Both the position numbers and the translations under genes were made by a program. From NCBI GenBank assembly GCA_039714415.1, contig JBDLJL010000001.1, positions 23,172 through 87,171 on the forward strand: a stretch of DNA of 64,000 bases, in the 5' to 3' direction. The DNA is from Bacteroidota bacterium (lineage in GTDB: Bacteria > Bacteroidota > Bacteroidia > Bacteroidales > NBLH01). Of this stretch, positions 47,668 to 55,872 are shown in pieces. The notes beneath the pieces are model-generated. The model saw only the letters and a list, made by a program, of their open reading frames with translations, had not been told where the DNA came from and searched no databases. Position 1 is the first letter of the stretch. Every line of letters starts with the position of its first letter.

Positions 47668-47702
47668 AAAACAAGCCTGTCAATATTTGACAGGCTTGTT
47701 TT
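47668..47702 (-). terminator. Rho-independent terminator downstream of the 211-aa hypothetical gene
   Basis: AACAAGCCTGTCAA (47670-47683), loop TAT, TTGACAGGCTTGTT (47687-47700): a 14-bp perfect stem with flanking A/T runs. Confidence 0.75.
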
Positions 47703-47729
47703 GAAATTGAGATAACGTCTTAATAATAA

Positions 47730-48365
47730 TTATTTATCACAGTTTTCGTATGCTTCTGAAATTGCTGTAAGTATCTCTATTCTCTTATCTGTAGGAGTCA
47801 TCATACCAATTTTATATTCTTTGCTTTTTGCAGCAATCTCTTTTGATAATTCGGCACAATCAGCAGTTAATTTAGCAAGCTTTTTATTTGTTACGCTCAT
47901 ATCATCAACAGGTTTCAAGAATTTTTTTTCTGCAAAGTACACATAGTAAGATGTACCTGTAGGATATTTGTATCCGGTTTCAGATGATCCACCACTAATA
48001 GTTGATTTCTGATAAGTTGACTTTAACAACAAAATTTTAGCCTTGGGGTTGTTCAAAATCGTAGCAAAAGTTTCAACCATTACTCCCTTAATCCTCACAA
48101 AATGCTCATCATTTACAAAAAACTCTTTAACTTCTTTTGTTACAAATTTGGAAGGTTTTTTTACACCTTCAATATATACACGAACTTTGTTACTTGAGGT
48201 TAAGTCATAATTAATGGTTCCTGTTACTTCTTCGCCATTTAATAAAATAACTTTCCCAGGCCCTTTGTGGACAATGCCTAACTCTGATGTTTCATTACCA
48301 CTTTGTGATTTAAGGTTTATTGCTAAAAATAATAATGGAACAATCGCTAATGTAATTTTTTTCAT
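47730..48365 (-). CDS. Hypothetical secreted protein
   Basis: 211 aa with a signal peptide (MKKITLAIVPLLFLAINLKSQ). I recognised no family. Confidence 0.5.
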   Translation of the reverse strand: MKKITLAIVPLLFLAINLKSQSGNETSELGIVHKGPGKVILLNGEEVTGTINYDLTSSNKVRVYIEGVKKPSKFVTKEVKEFFVNDEHFVRIKGVMVETFATILNNPKAKILLLKSTYQKSTISGGSSETGYKYPTGTSYYVYFAEKKFLKPVDDMSVTNKKLAKLTADCAELSKEIAAKSKEYKIGMMTPTDKRIEILTAISEAYENCDK

Positions 48366-48619
48366 TTAATAGAATTTAGATGTATAACAAATTTTTACAA
48401 AGGTTGATAAAAAAAGACTTTTACGCTAATTAAGTGCTAAATATTCATGGCAATCTCATATAAAATAATGCACAATATTTTGCACATATTATATTTATAG
48501 AAATTTCAATGATGTATTTTTTTGACGAGCATTGAAAAAAATTCATTCTACGAATATGATAGTTGAGTAAATACAGCGAACCGAGATTTTATACTAATTA
48601 AGTGTTTGTCCATAAAGTC

Positions 48620-48866
48620 CGCTATCTTCGTTATGCTTGTCCTTAAAATGGTCATTTACGGTAGTAAATTCACATTTTTCAGACTGCACAAGCCTTGATA
48701 GCAAACTTTCTGAACGAAACACTGACATTATAGACAGATTCTAATTGTCCCTTAGAAAACGCCAATTTACACGTTGAACTTGTGTTGAAAACAGCCATTT
48801 ACAATAGTAAATTCCTTGATTTTCATAACTTCGTTAGCCTTGACTTTGACGATTTCTAAAAGACAA
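48620..48866. repeat. Two tandem degenerate copies of the MITE-like repeat family
   Basis: The hairpin cores TCATTTACGGTAGTAAATTC (48651-48670) and CCATTTACAATAGTAAATTCC (48794-48814), plus flanks such as CTTCGTTA.GC, AAGCCTTGATAG and CGATTTCTAAAAGACAAC, align with the 17878-17998 element. Confidence 0.55.
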
Positions 48867-49056
48867 CTGAAAAAAATATTTTCACTATATAATTTAGGAT
48901 CATGTCGTTTTCTTAAGACTGTTTTACAGGTTTTAACGATCAATGCGAATACAATATAAAATAATTCCGAAATCCAACATTATACTATCGTACATATAAG
49001 GAAAAATTTATACTTTTAGCACATATAAGTCAGTATCAATGTATCTGTAAAATTTA

Positions 49057-50025
49057 ATGAAATGTCCTTATTGTTTTAAAGTAAGCAGGTTTAGCGTACA
49101 GAGGAAAAAAGGATCACGTAAAGTGTATTATTGTGCCTATTGTAAGTCTGAGCTACCAAGAGCGTTTATAGAATCTCCTGAAACCCAATATACAAAAATT
49201 GGAATGATTGGTTATACCGGACATGGTAAAACCGCCTATAAAACCTCATTGTTATACCAATTAAAAGCCCTGAATGATTTTTGGAATGATTTCTACTTTG
49301 AAACCTTTGATGACACATCACATGATTCAATGTATACTAGAGTTTCACTACTTGAACAGGGAAGGTTACCGAAAAGTACAAGGGCTGTTTTCCCCCGCCC
49401 CACTTTTTTTCGTTTAAACAATTTTTCTTATCTCCGCACGCGGTTTGTGAGTATGTTTGATACAGGAGGGAAATTATTTAGCAGGCTTGATCTAATGACC
49501 CGCAAAGGAAGATACCTTGCTAATTGCAATACAATTTTCTTTTTTATCAGTTTAACAGAAGAGGATATGAAGGATAATTGGAATCTGAAAATTATGAAAC
49601 TTTTAGATAGATATTCCCAGGTAATTTATAGTCGCTATGGTATTAAAACGTCAAAAAAACAAAATATTTTATTTGTACTTACTAAGTCAGATGAGTTAGT
49701 TAAACTTAATAACGAACAAAAATTATCAGAAAATATTGTTAACTATTTCGAAAGTGGAACAATTGAAAAATATAGGAATTTAGATGAAAATTGGTTTAAT
49801 TTCATAAAGTTGAATTCTGAAAGTATTGAAAGCTGGTTACGGGCAAACAACTGCAATAGTTTTATAAACTCCGCTAAAAACCATTTTAAAGATGTAGGTT
49901 TTGTTATGACTTCTGCACTTGGTAGTGCTCCAATTGACGATGTTTCAGCCAATAAATTGTCAACAAAAGACCCAAAAGGTGTACTCGACCCACTTATTTG
50001 GGCTTTACATATATCGCAAGAATAA
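49057..50025 (+). CDS. Zinc-ribbon-fused P-loop GTPase, paralog A
   Basis: 322 aa. The N-terminal CxxC...CxxC uses C3, C6, C26 and C29. G1 is GYTGHGKT (49210-49233), G3 is DTGG (49459-49470), G4 is TKSD (49681-49692), and TSALG is G5-like. Confidence 0.7.
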   Translation: MKCPYCFKVSRFSVQRKKGSRKVYYCAYCKSELPRAFIESPETQYTKIGMIGYTGHGKTAYKTSLLYQLKALNDFWNDFYFETFDDTSHDSMYTRVSLLEQGRLPKSTRAVFPRPTFFRLNNFSYLRTRFVSMFDTGGKLFSRLDLMTRKGRYLANCNTIFFFISLTEEDMKDNWNLKIMKLLDRYSQVIYSRYGIKTSKKQNILFVLTKSDELVKLNNEQKLSENIVNYFESGTIEKYRNLDENWFNFIKLNSESIESWLRANNCNSFINSAKNHFKDVGFVMTSALGSAPIDDVSANKLSTKDPKGVLDPLIWALHISQE

Positions 50026-50077
50026 AGATAAACTTTAAAGTATATAAAAAAGAAAACATTATTAACCAATAACTTAA

Positions 50078-50198
50078 GGTGGCTTCTAAAAATTCGGTTA
50101 TCAAGGCTTGCCAAAATTTTCAAGCTCGATTTTACATCTGTAAATGAGTGTTTTAAAATTTGGGCGTAACGCAGAGAAACGGATTTTTAGAGGTTGCC
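50078..50198. repeat. 121-bp MITE-like repeat (inverted orientation) between the GTPase paralogs
   Basis: GGTGGCTTCTAAAAATTCGG...CGGATTTTTAGAGGTTGCC. It is identical at 112/121 positions to the reverse complement of 17878-17998 by manual alignment. Confidence 0.85.
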
Positions 50199-50223
50199 TT
50201 AACCTAACATTAGCCCCGAATAG

Positions 50224-51216
50224 ATGAAATGTCCGTATTGTTTTAAAGAACTAAAGATTAAAGTACAAGAAAAAGGATCCCGGCACCTGTATTATTGCAG
50301 TCGTTGTGAGTCTGAAATTCATAGAGCCTATATCGATTACCCTAACACTCCTTTTACAAGAATTGGAATGGTTGGTTATACAGGTCATGGTAAAACAGTA
50401 TACATCACTTCCTTGTTTTATCAACTTCAGGCGCTGGATAACTTTTGGGATGGCTATTATTTTGAAACTTTAGATGATTTTACGCATGATATAATGTTTG
50501 AAAAGGTGTTGGAACTGAAAAAAGGAAGATTGTTTTCCGGTACTCCCATAAATTTTCCTGAACCTGCTTTTATTCGTTTTAATAATATGCCTAATTTCAA
50601 TACCCAAATTGTAAGCATGTACGATATTGGTGGTGGTGTGTTTGATAATCTCGATTTGATGACACAAAAGGGGAAATATCTGGCTCATTCCGACACTATT
50701 TTTTTTATAATGAGTTTGATTGAAGAAGATATTGTAGATGACTGGAACCTAAAGACAATGGGTTTGCTCGACAGGTATATACATGTAGTTTATAGTCGGT
50801 TTGGGGCAAATTTATCAAAAAAACAGAATATTGTTTTTGTTTTTACAAAATCGGATGAATTGGTTAAAGCTGAAGGTGAAAGAAAATTAAATCTTGAAAT
50901 AGTTGATTATTTTAAAAATGGAACTCTTGAGCAATTCCAGTATCTCGATAGTTATTCTTTAGACCAGATCAGGCATAATTCTGCTAATATCGAAAGATGG
51001 CTTCGTGAAAACAATTGCAATGGTTTTATCAACCTGGCAAAAAATCATTTTCGTACGGTTAATTTTGTGCTTACATCTGCATTAGGTGATGCCCCGGTAG
51101 AAAATAAATTAGTTAAAGGGCTCTCGCCACTTGATCCTAAATGTGTTCTCGATCCTTTTTTATGGGCTTTGCATGCCCCAAATATTAAACCTCCCCGACG
51201 ATGGTGGTTTTTTTAA
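50224..51216 (+). CDS. Zinc-ribbon-fused P-loop GTPase, paralog B
   Basis: 330 aa. It has the same architecture as paralog A: C3, C6, C25 and C28; GYTGHGKT (50374-50397); YDIGG; FTKSDE; TSALG. It is colinear with paralog A, with roughly half of residues identical by eye. Confidence 0.7.
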   Translation: MKCPYCFKELKIKVQEKGSRHLYYCSRCESEIHRAYIDYPNTPFTRIGMVGYTGHGKTVYITSLFYQLQALDNFWDGYYFETLDDFTHDIMFEKVLELKKGRLFSGTPINFPEPAFIRFNNMPNFNTQIVSMYDIGGGVFDNLDLMTQKGKYLAHSDTIFFIMSLIEEDIVDDWNLKTMGLLDRYIHVVYSRFGANLSKKQNIVFVFTKSDELVKAEGERKLNLEIVDYFKNGTLEQFQYLDSYSLDQIRHNSANIERWLRENNCNGFINLAKNHFRTVNFVLTSALGDAPVENKLVKGLSPLDPKCVLDPFLWALHAPNIKPPRRWWFF

Positions 51217-51226
51217 ACTTGTTATT

Positions 51227-52069
51227 ATGCACCCAATAGATAAAAAAAACAAAAATTTTGCTATAATAATTTTGACAATTGCAGTTTTCGTTGCAGTTTT
51301 CTGCATTTTTAGGAATAAGTATTATTTAATTGCATTAGCTGCATTTGGAATATTAGCACTTGCCAATACATTGAATGTTAAACACCGACTGGTTTTAATG
51401 GGTATTTTTGTAGCCATTGGCTTTCCGGTTATTCTTGTTTTAGATTATTATTTATCACAAGATGTGTCATTTACCACTAAGGGAGCATATGAGCACTTTT
51501 GGATGAGTTTTATTTTTGCTGCAATTATTCTTATTACACCTTTCTTTTTTGCTTATGCTTATTTTATCCAAATAATTATAACGGCTACTAGTCAAAAAAT
51601 ACATTATGCAATTATCGAAAAATACCCCTATTTAATTTGTACTGAACACTATACAAGAACAAGGGATTATACAATAATGGGATATAGAAGTGTTCGTTGC
51701 AGAAAGGGTAAAAAATGTCTCAGGCGTAATAAAATTGGTATGGCAGTACGTTTGGTCGGTTTAATAGGCTTAATTGAAAACGACAAACTTTTTGAAAATG
51801 ACTATTATGTTACCTTATGGGATCATAGGTCAGGTAAAATAAGATATGGTGATTATGATGTTATTGAAATTCATAATAATGAGGAAATCAAAGATTACAA
51901 TTTTGTTATCTCTAAAATAATTACCTTTTTTTATAATGAAATTGATAGGTACAAACTAATTAATGAAGTAAGTATCAGGGTTGTTGGTGATGTACCAATA
52001 TCTGAAAATACGAAAAGATTACTTGAGCAACATTTTTTAAAGGTAGAATATTTAACTGAAGAATTATAA
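51227..52069 (+). CDS. 4-TM membrane protein with cytoplasmic Cys/His-containing C-terminal domain
   Basis: 280 aa from the ATG at 51227, 10 bp after the paralog B stop. It has four hydrophobic helices in aa 11-120, then a soluble domain of about 160 aa with C138-x2-H141...C158-x5-C164. I recognised no family. Confidence 0.6.
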   Translation: MHPIDKKNKNFAIIILTIAVFVAVFCIFRNKYYLIALAAFGILALANTLNVKHRLVLMGIFVAIGFPVILVLDYYLSQDVSFTTKGAYEHFWMSFIFAAIILITPFFFAYAYFIQIIITATSQKIHYAIIEKYPYLICTEHYTRTRDYTIMGYRSVRCRKGKKCLRRNKIGMAVRLVGLIGLIENDKLFENDYYVTLWDHRSGKIRYGDYDVIEIHNNEEIKDYNFVISKIITFFYNEIDRYKLINEVSIRVVGDVPISENTKRLLEQHFLKVEYLTEEL

Positions 52070-52081
52070 AATCAATCTGTA

Positions 52082-53641
52082 ATGGGAAGCTATAAAATTC
52101 ATCAACTTGTTTATACAAAACTCAACCCGGAAGATAGCCCTTTTGACAAAAAAGACTTCCATACTGCATTTTACCCGCTTAAATTTCTAACGGCTACAGA
52201 TGTTTTAGTGTTGGAAAATCATATTTATATCCCAGGTAATGATGATTTTTTATCAAAGCAAGTTGTTTATTTTAATAAAATAAAAGAAGAAACTTACCTT
52301 TTTGTTTTTAACATCAATATTTTAGCGAATGAAGTTGATATGCTTGGTAGGGGTGGTGTTTTTCTTTGTCATGTATTTATGTTCCCCCAGGATTTGTGGC
52401 AACAATTACCTTCCCCTAATCAATTGATGGAATTAGTAAAAAAATATAAATACAATTCTCGCAGTAAATTACTTAACAGCAGTTATATAGATAAACAAAG
52501 TGGTAATATGTTACCCATACAGCTTGATTCTGAAATTGTAGAAAAGGCTGAGAAGAAACTACCAAAAATAGAAGGTAGCTTTGAAGGGCAAATGTTATTA
52601 CACCTTACCGATAGCTTTAATCAGGAAAATGCTGAGCAAAAGTTTATTGTACATGCTAAGGAAACCGAGGCCAGGGAGCTATTCAACAAACTTATTTGTT
52701 ATTTACCAAATGAGCAAAAAGTAAAAGTTGGCTGGGATACAATGTATGATGGTGGTCGAATGATGGACTATAATAAAACATTTGTTGCCTATAAGAACAA
52801 TGCTCCAAGGGGAGGGAGTGCATCAACACTAGTTAAACTATCAAAAAAGTTAATCGAGTTGGCCCAGGATTTTAAGGTTAATAAAGAACAAAGTCCATTT
52901 ACCAAATGGGCTACAGGATGCTCAGGTTCAATTGAAACTCATTTTTATATTGAGGAAGCACATAATCTTTCTAAATCCATGCTTGCAAAAACAACATATA
53001 ACTTAACTGATAATTGGAATATTGAATGTTTCGCAAAAGTAAACATAGATCTAGTTGAAAAATTATTCACAAAAAAATGTAAAGAAGAATTTAAAAGGAA
53101 GTTGTTTAAAGAATTAAATAAAATTATGTCAATAAAAGACAAGTTATTATTTATTCATGATAAATTGGAATTTTCAACAGTTGCTGATTATTTATTAATC
53201 ATCATTGATAATAGTAAAATAGCGGCAAAATTTCTGGACGCAGGTATTTCAAAAGAAATTATAAACAACAGCCCTACATTGATATTAATTGAACAATTAT
53301 GTAATACGGATAAGTTTGATCTTGAGGCTTTTAATCAGTTAACAGATAATCAAAAACTACAATTAAACAAATATGTGCTAAAAACCTCATTTCAAAAGAA
53401 AGATTGGTATCTTGAACTTATAAAAAGTGATGAAGCACTTTTAAATTACTATATCAGGAAATACCCAAAGCCGAAAAGGATAATTAGGCGCTTTCGAAAG
53501 GTGTTAAAAATGAATGAAACAGAAATTTATCAAATGGGTTTTAGTTTATTAATTATCCGGAGGATATTTTATTTTAAGATGGCACATTTTTTCAATAAAA
53601 TTTCCAGCATATTTCGCAGGCGAAAAAAAACGATTGCCTAA
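52082..53641 (+). CDS. Large cytoplasmic protein with a GTPase-associated-protein (GAP1)-like N-terminus and a helical C-terminal half
   Basis: 519 aa, starting 12 bp after the previous stop. The N-terminal YKIHQLVYTKL...FHTAFYP...GRGGVFLCHVFMF resembles the hQLhYT...GR.G.f.aH pattern I recall for GAP1 N-terminal domains. The assignment is from memory only. Confidence 0.5.
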   Translation: MGSYKIHQLVYTKLNPEDSPFDKKDFHTAFYPLKFLTATDVLVLENHIYIPGNDDFLSKQVVYFNKIKEETYLFVFNINILANEVDMLGRGGVFLCHVFMFPQDLWQQLPSPNQLMELVKKYKYNSRSKLLNSSYIDKQSGNMLPIQLDSEIVEKAEKKLPKIEGSFEGQMLLHLTDSFNQENAEQKFIVHAKETEARELFNKLICYLPNEQKVKVGWDTMYDGGRMMDYNKTFVAYKNNAPRGGSASTLVKLSKKLIELAQDFKVNKEQSPFTKWATGCSGSIETHFYIEEAHNLSKSMLAKTTYNLTDNWNIECFAKVNIDLVEKLFTKKCKEEFKRKLFKELNKIMSIKDKLLFIHDKLEFSTVADYLLIIIDNSKIAAKFLDAGISKEIINNSPTLILIEQLCNTDKFDLEAFNQLTDNQKLQLNKYVLKTSFQKKDWYLELIKSDEALLNYYIRKYPKPKRIIRRFRKVLKMNETEIYQMGFSLLIIRRIFYFKMAHFFNKISSIFRRRKKTIA

Positions 53642-53687
53642 AAAAACTGAAAAAATAAAATGACAGCGGGCTTCTATTCAGGACTAT

Positions 53688-55355
53688 TTAAAATTCCATT
53701 ACTACCTGTTGCGTATTTCCTTTCTTATCTATAGCTACGGTTAAGTAGATTTTATTCTCCCTGTATGATACTGAGCACTGTTTCGGCACTATTGCTTTGT
53801 TACGCATTAAGGTTTTGTCATAAACATTTCCTTCCCTGTCCACAGCCATAAGCCGTACAATGCTCTTTTTTGGATAAAATGTGAATGCTTTTTTAGGCCA
53901 GCTTAAAATTGTTTCATTTTTTATATGGTCGTTAAACAGAAAGTAATCGTATCTGTCGGTTTTAAAATAGATATAACCAATGTAAATCATCTCACTATCT
54001 TCTTCACCCTGCCTTATAGGGATTAACCTTGTCCATTCTACATTTCTATTCTTATCCAGACTTACCAGTGCAATACTTCCATGTGTAGACTTGGTATGTT
54101 CAGTGGTTGTGGTGATGGTAGTAGTGGTTTCAACTTTGAAACCATTATCAGAGGTTGTACTTTTCGTTTTTCTTGTTTTCGTTCTTTCAAAATCATATTT
54201 AAACGGACTTTCGTATATAAAAAGCAACTTCCCTCCATCACTTCTGTCGGTATACCTTTGTAAATCTATATTCCTTATTGCTTCACTTCCATTATTATAT
54301 CTATAAGGTTTGTATCCCAGTTTTACAAAATCGTCCACAAAGTATATATGTGTACTATCAATCAGGGTACCGCTTTTCTTATCAAATTTATGGGAAGAAA
54401 GACCATGTATGTAATTAAGCTTACTCAGGTTGCTATAGGCAGATAGGAACTCCAATGTTTGTTCTTCTTCAAAAATGAATGGGATACTATATCTTTTTGC
54501 ACTTAATTTGAGTGAATCGCCCAATAGCTTACTATTTATTATCTTTGTCTCTCCTCCCATAACAAACTGAGTTTGTTTACCATTATTGTCTATCTTATTA
54601 ATACGGAAATCATATGTAGGGAAATCCAATAGCTTTGCATCTGGGCGCAATATTTCTCTCTGGAATGCGATATATATATTTCCACTGTTATTCTCCTTTA
54701 AGGAGGTAATGTTTACTTTTTTGGTATTTTCCCCAAGGAAGTACTGGTTCGAGAAAAGCTCATTCATGTTTCCGTCCATCACCTTCAGAACATATTCGTT
54801 TCTGGTACGCAGCATAGCAGCAATTAAAAGTTTCTTTCCGGTCCAACGGAACTTTATATTGGCACTGGTCATTGTCTCAGAAATCATCTTCAGGTCTATA
54901 CGGTCCTGGATTAATACAGGATCAGAGAGAGTAGCTGTAGTTTTATCAAGGTATTGATAATATAGGTTCTCGCCATAGTCTATGACTGTTCCTGTTGGTG
55001 TTTCAAGCAGTGTTTCAAACAATACAGTGTATAGTACAATATATTTAGTAGTAGATTCCAAAGTATAAAGGTAGCGGTCACAACTTTTTCTAACTGAAAC
55101 CGATTGGGCCAAAGGGTAGGTTTCAGTCACTTCTCCTTCAGCATTATAATGCGATATTTCCATATACATGGAATGCGAACAAACAAGATGACTTCTTTTT
55201 CGTTTAGTTGTTACTTTGTAATAATCACGAGTATTTTTTTTAGCAGGCTTATTTTCCGTAGTTACAGATTGTTTTATCTGTTTAAACTGGGCGTTTACCT
55301 GTAGGCTGAAAATAGAGTTTAGGATAATCAGTAGGAGTGGTAATAAGGTTTTCAT
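53688..55355 (-). CDS. Hypothetical secreted protein
   Basis: 555 aa with a signal peptide (MKTLLPLLLIILNSIFSLQVNAQ) and an internal Thr-rich tract (TTTTITTTTEHTKST). I recognised no family. Confidence 0.5.
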   Translation of the reverse strand: MKTLLPLLLIILNSIFSLQVNAQFKQIKQSVTTENKPAKKNTRDYYKVTTKRKRSHLVCSHSMYMEISHYNAEGEVTETYPLAQSVSVRKSCDRYLYTLESTTKYIVLYTVLFETLLETPTGTVIDYGENLYYQYLDKTTATLSDPVLIQDRIDLKMISETMTSANIKFRWTGKKLLIAAMLRTRNEYVLKVMDGNMNELFSNQYFLGENTKKVNITSLKENNSGNIYIAFQREILRPDAKLLDFPTYDFRINKIDNNGKQTQFVMGGETKIINSKLLGDSLKLSAKRYSIPFIFEEEQTLEFLSAYSNLSKLNYIHGLSSHKFDKKSGTLIDSTHIYFVDDFVKLGYKPYRYNNGSEAIRNIDLQRYTDRSDGGKLLFIYESPFKYDFERTKTRKTKSTTSDNGFKVETTTTITTTTEHTKSTHGSIALVSLDKNRNVEWTRLIPIRQGEEDSEMIYIGYIYFKTDRYDYFLFNDHIKNETILSWPKKAFTFYPKKSIVRLMAVDREGNVYDKTLMRNKAIVPKQCSVSYRENKIYLTVAIDKKGNTQQVVMEF

Positions 55356-55508
55356 ATAATAGGTTAAGTTTATTTTATTTTTCTAAAAGTCAATCTTTAC
55401 TCATAGCCTACCCCATTTTTTTTCGGGGAGCGCCTAAAAATAATAAAAAAGTAAATTTTATATGCTTAAAATATAAAAGAATCCAATTTACATTCAAAAA
55501 TTGTTGTT

Positions 55509-55585
55509 GGGTCAAATCCGTTGATGAACCGCCGGGTTAACCCGGCGGTTGTGAAATTAGTTGCTCTAATCAACTGAATTAACCC
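55509..55585. repeat. 77-bp palindromic element with a GC-rich core, flanked by 14-bp direct repeats
   Basis: The termini GGGTCAAATCCGTTGAT (55509-55525) and ATCAACTGAATTAACCC (55569-55585) are inverted, matching at 14/17. The core is a perfect 24-nt palindrome, AACCGCCGGGTTAACCCGGCGGTT (55527-55550). CAAAAATTGTTGTT occurs at 55495-55508 and 55592-55605. Confidence 0.6.
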
Positions 55586-55872
55586 AGTATCCAAAAATTG
55601 TTGTTTTATTACTAATTGTCTATCATTTTTAGTCGTTCATATCTTATTTTGAGGATATTTATATAAGCTTCACTTCCTTTCTACGCTCCTTTACAAATTC
55701 TGCCAAACGCTTCATTATATGTATTTAGATATAATTTCCATTAATAAAGTGAATTTATATGCTTAAAAATATAAAATGGCGAACTTGGCCTAATATGAAT
55801 TCAAGTCACAAGCAATTCAAATATTAAAAGCATCTTTTTTATTTTATTATTGACATAGAAGTCCTAAATGAT

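Noticed and set aside
48600-48870. Possible CRISPR array (repeated ATTTAC-N4-GTAAAT cores), also considered for 62223-62303
   Set aside because: There are only two copies per locus, the spacing is irregular, the repeats are degenerate and belong to the MITE family, and no cas genes are in the window.
51131-51226. TTG-initiated extension of the 4-TM ORF overlapping GTPase paralog B by 86 nt
   Set aside because: An in-frame ATG at 51227, 10 bp after the B stop codon, gives a compact operon arrangement. The extension has no TM or conserved features.
53688-55355. Including the 555-aa secreted protein as a fifth component of the GTPase cassette
   Set aside because: It is on the opposite strand, convergent with gene D, and has a signal peptide, whereas the cassette proteins are cytoplasmic or inner-membrane. 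No evidence links them beyond adjacency.
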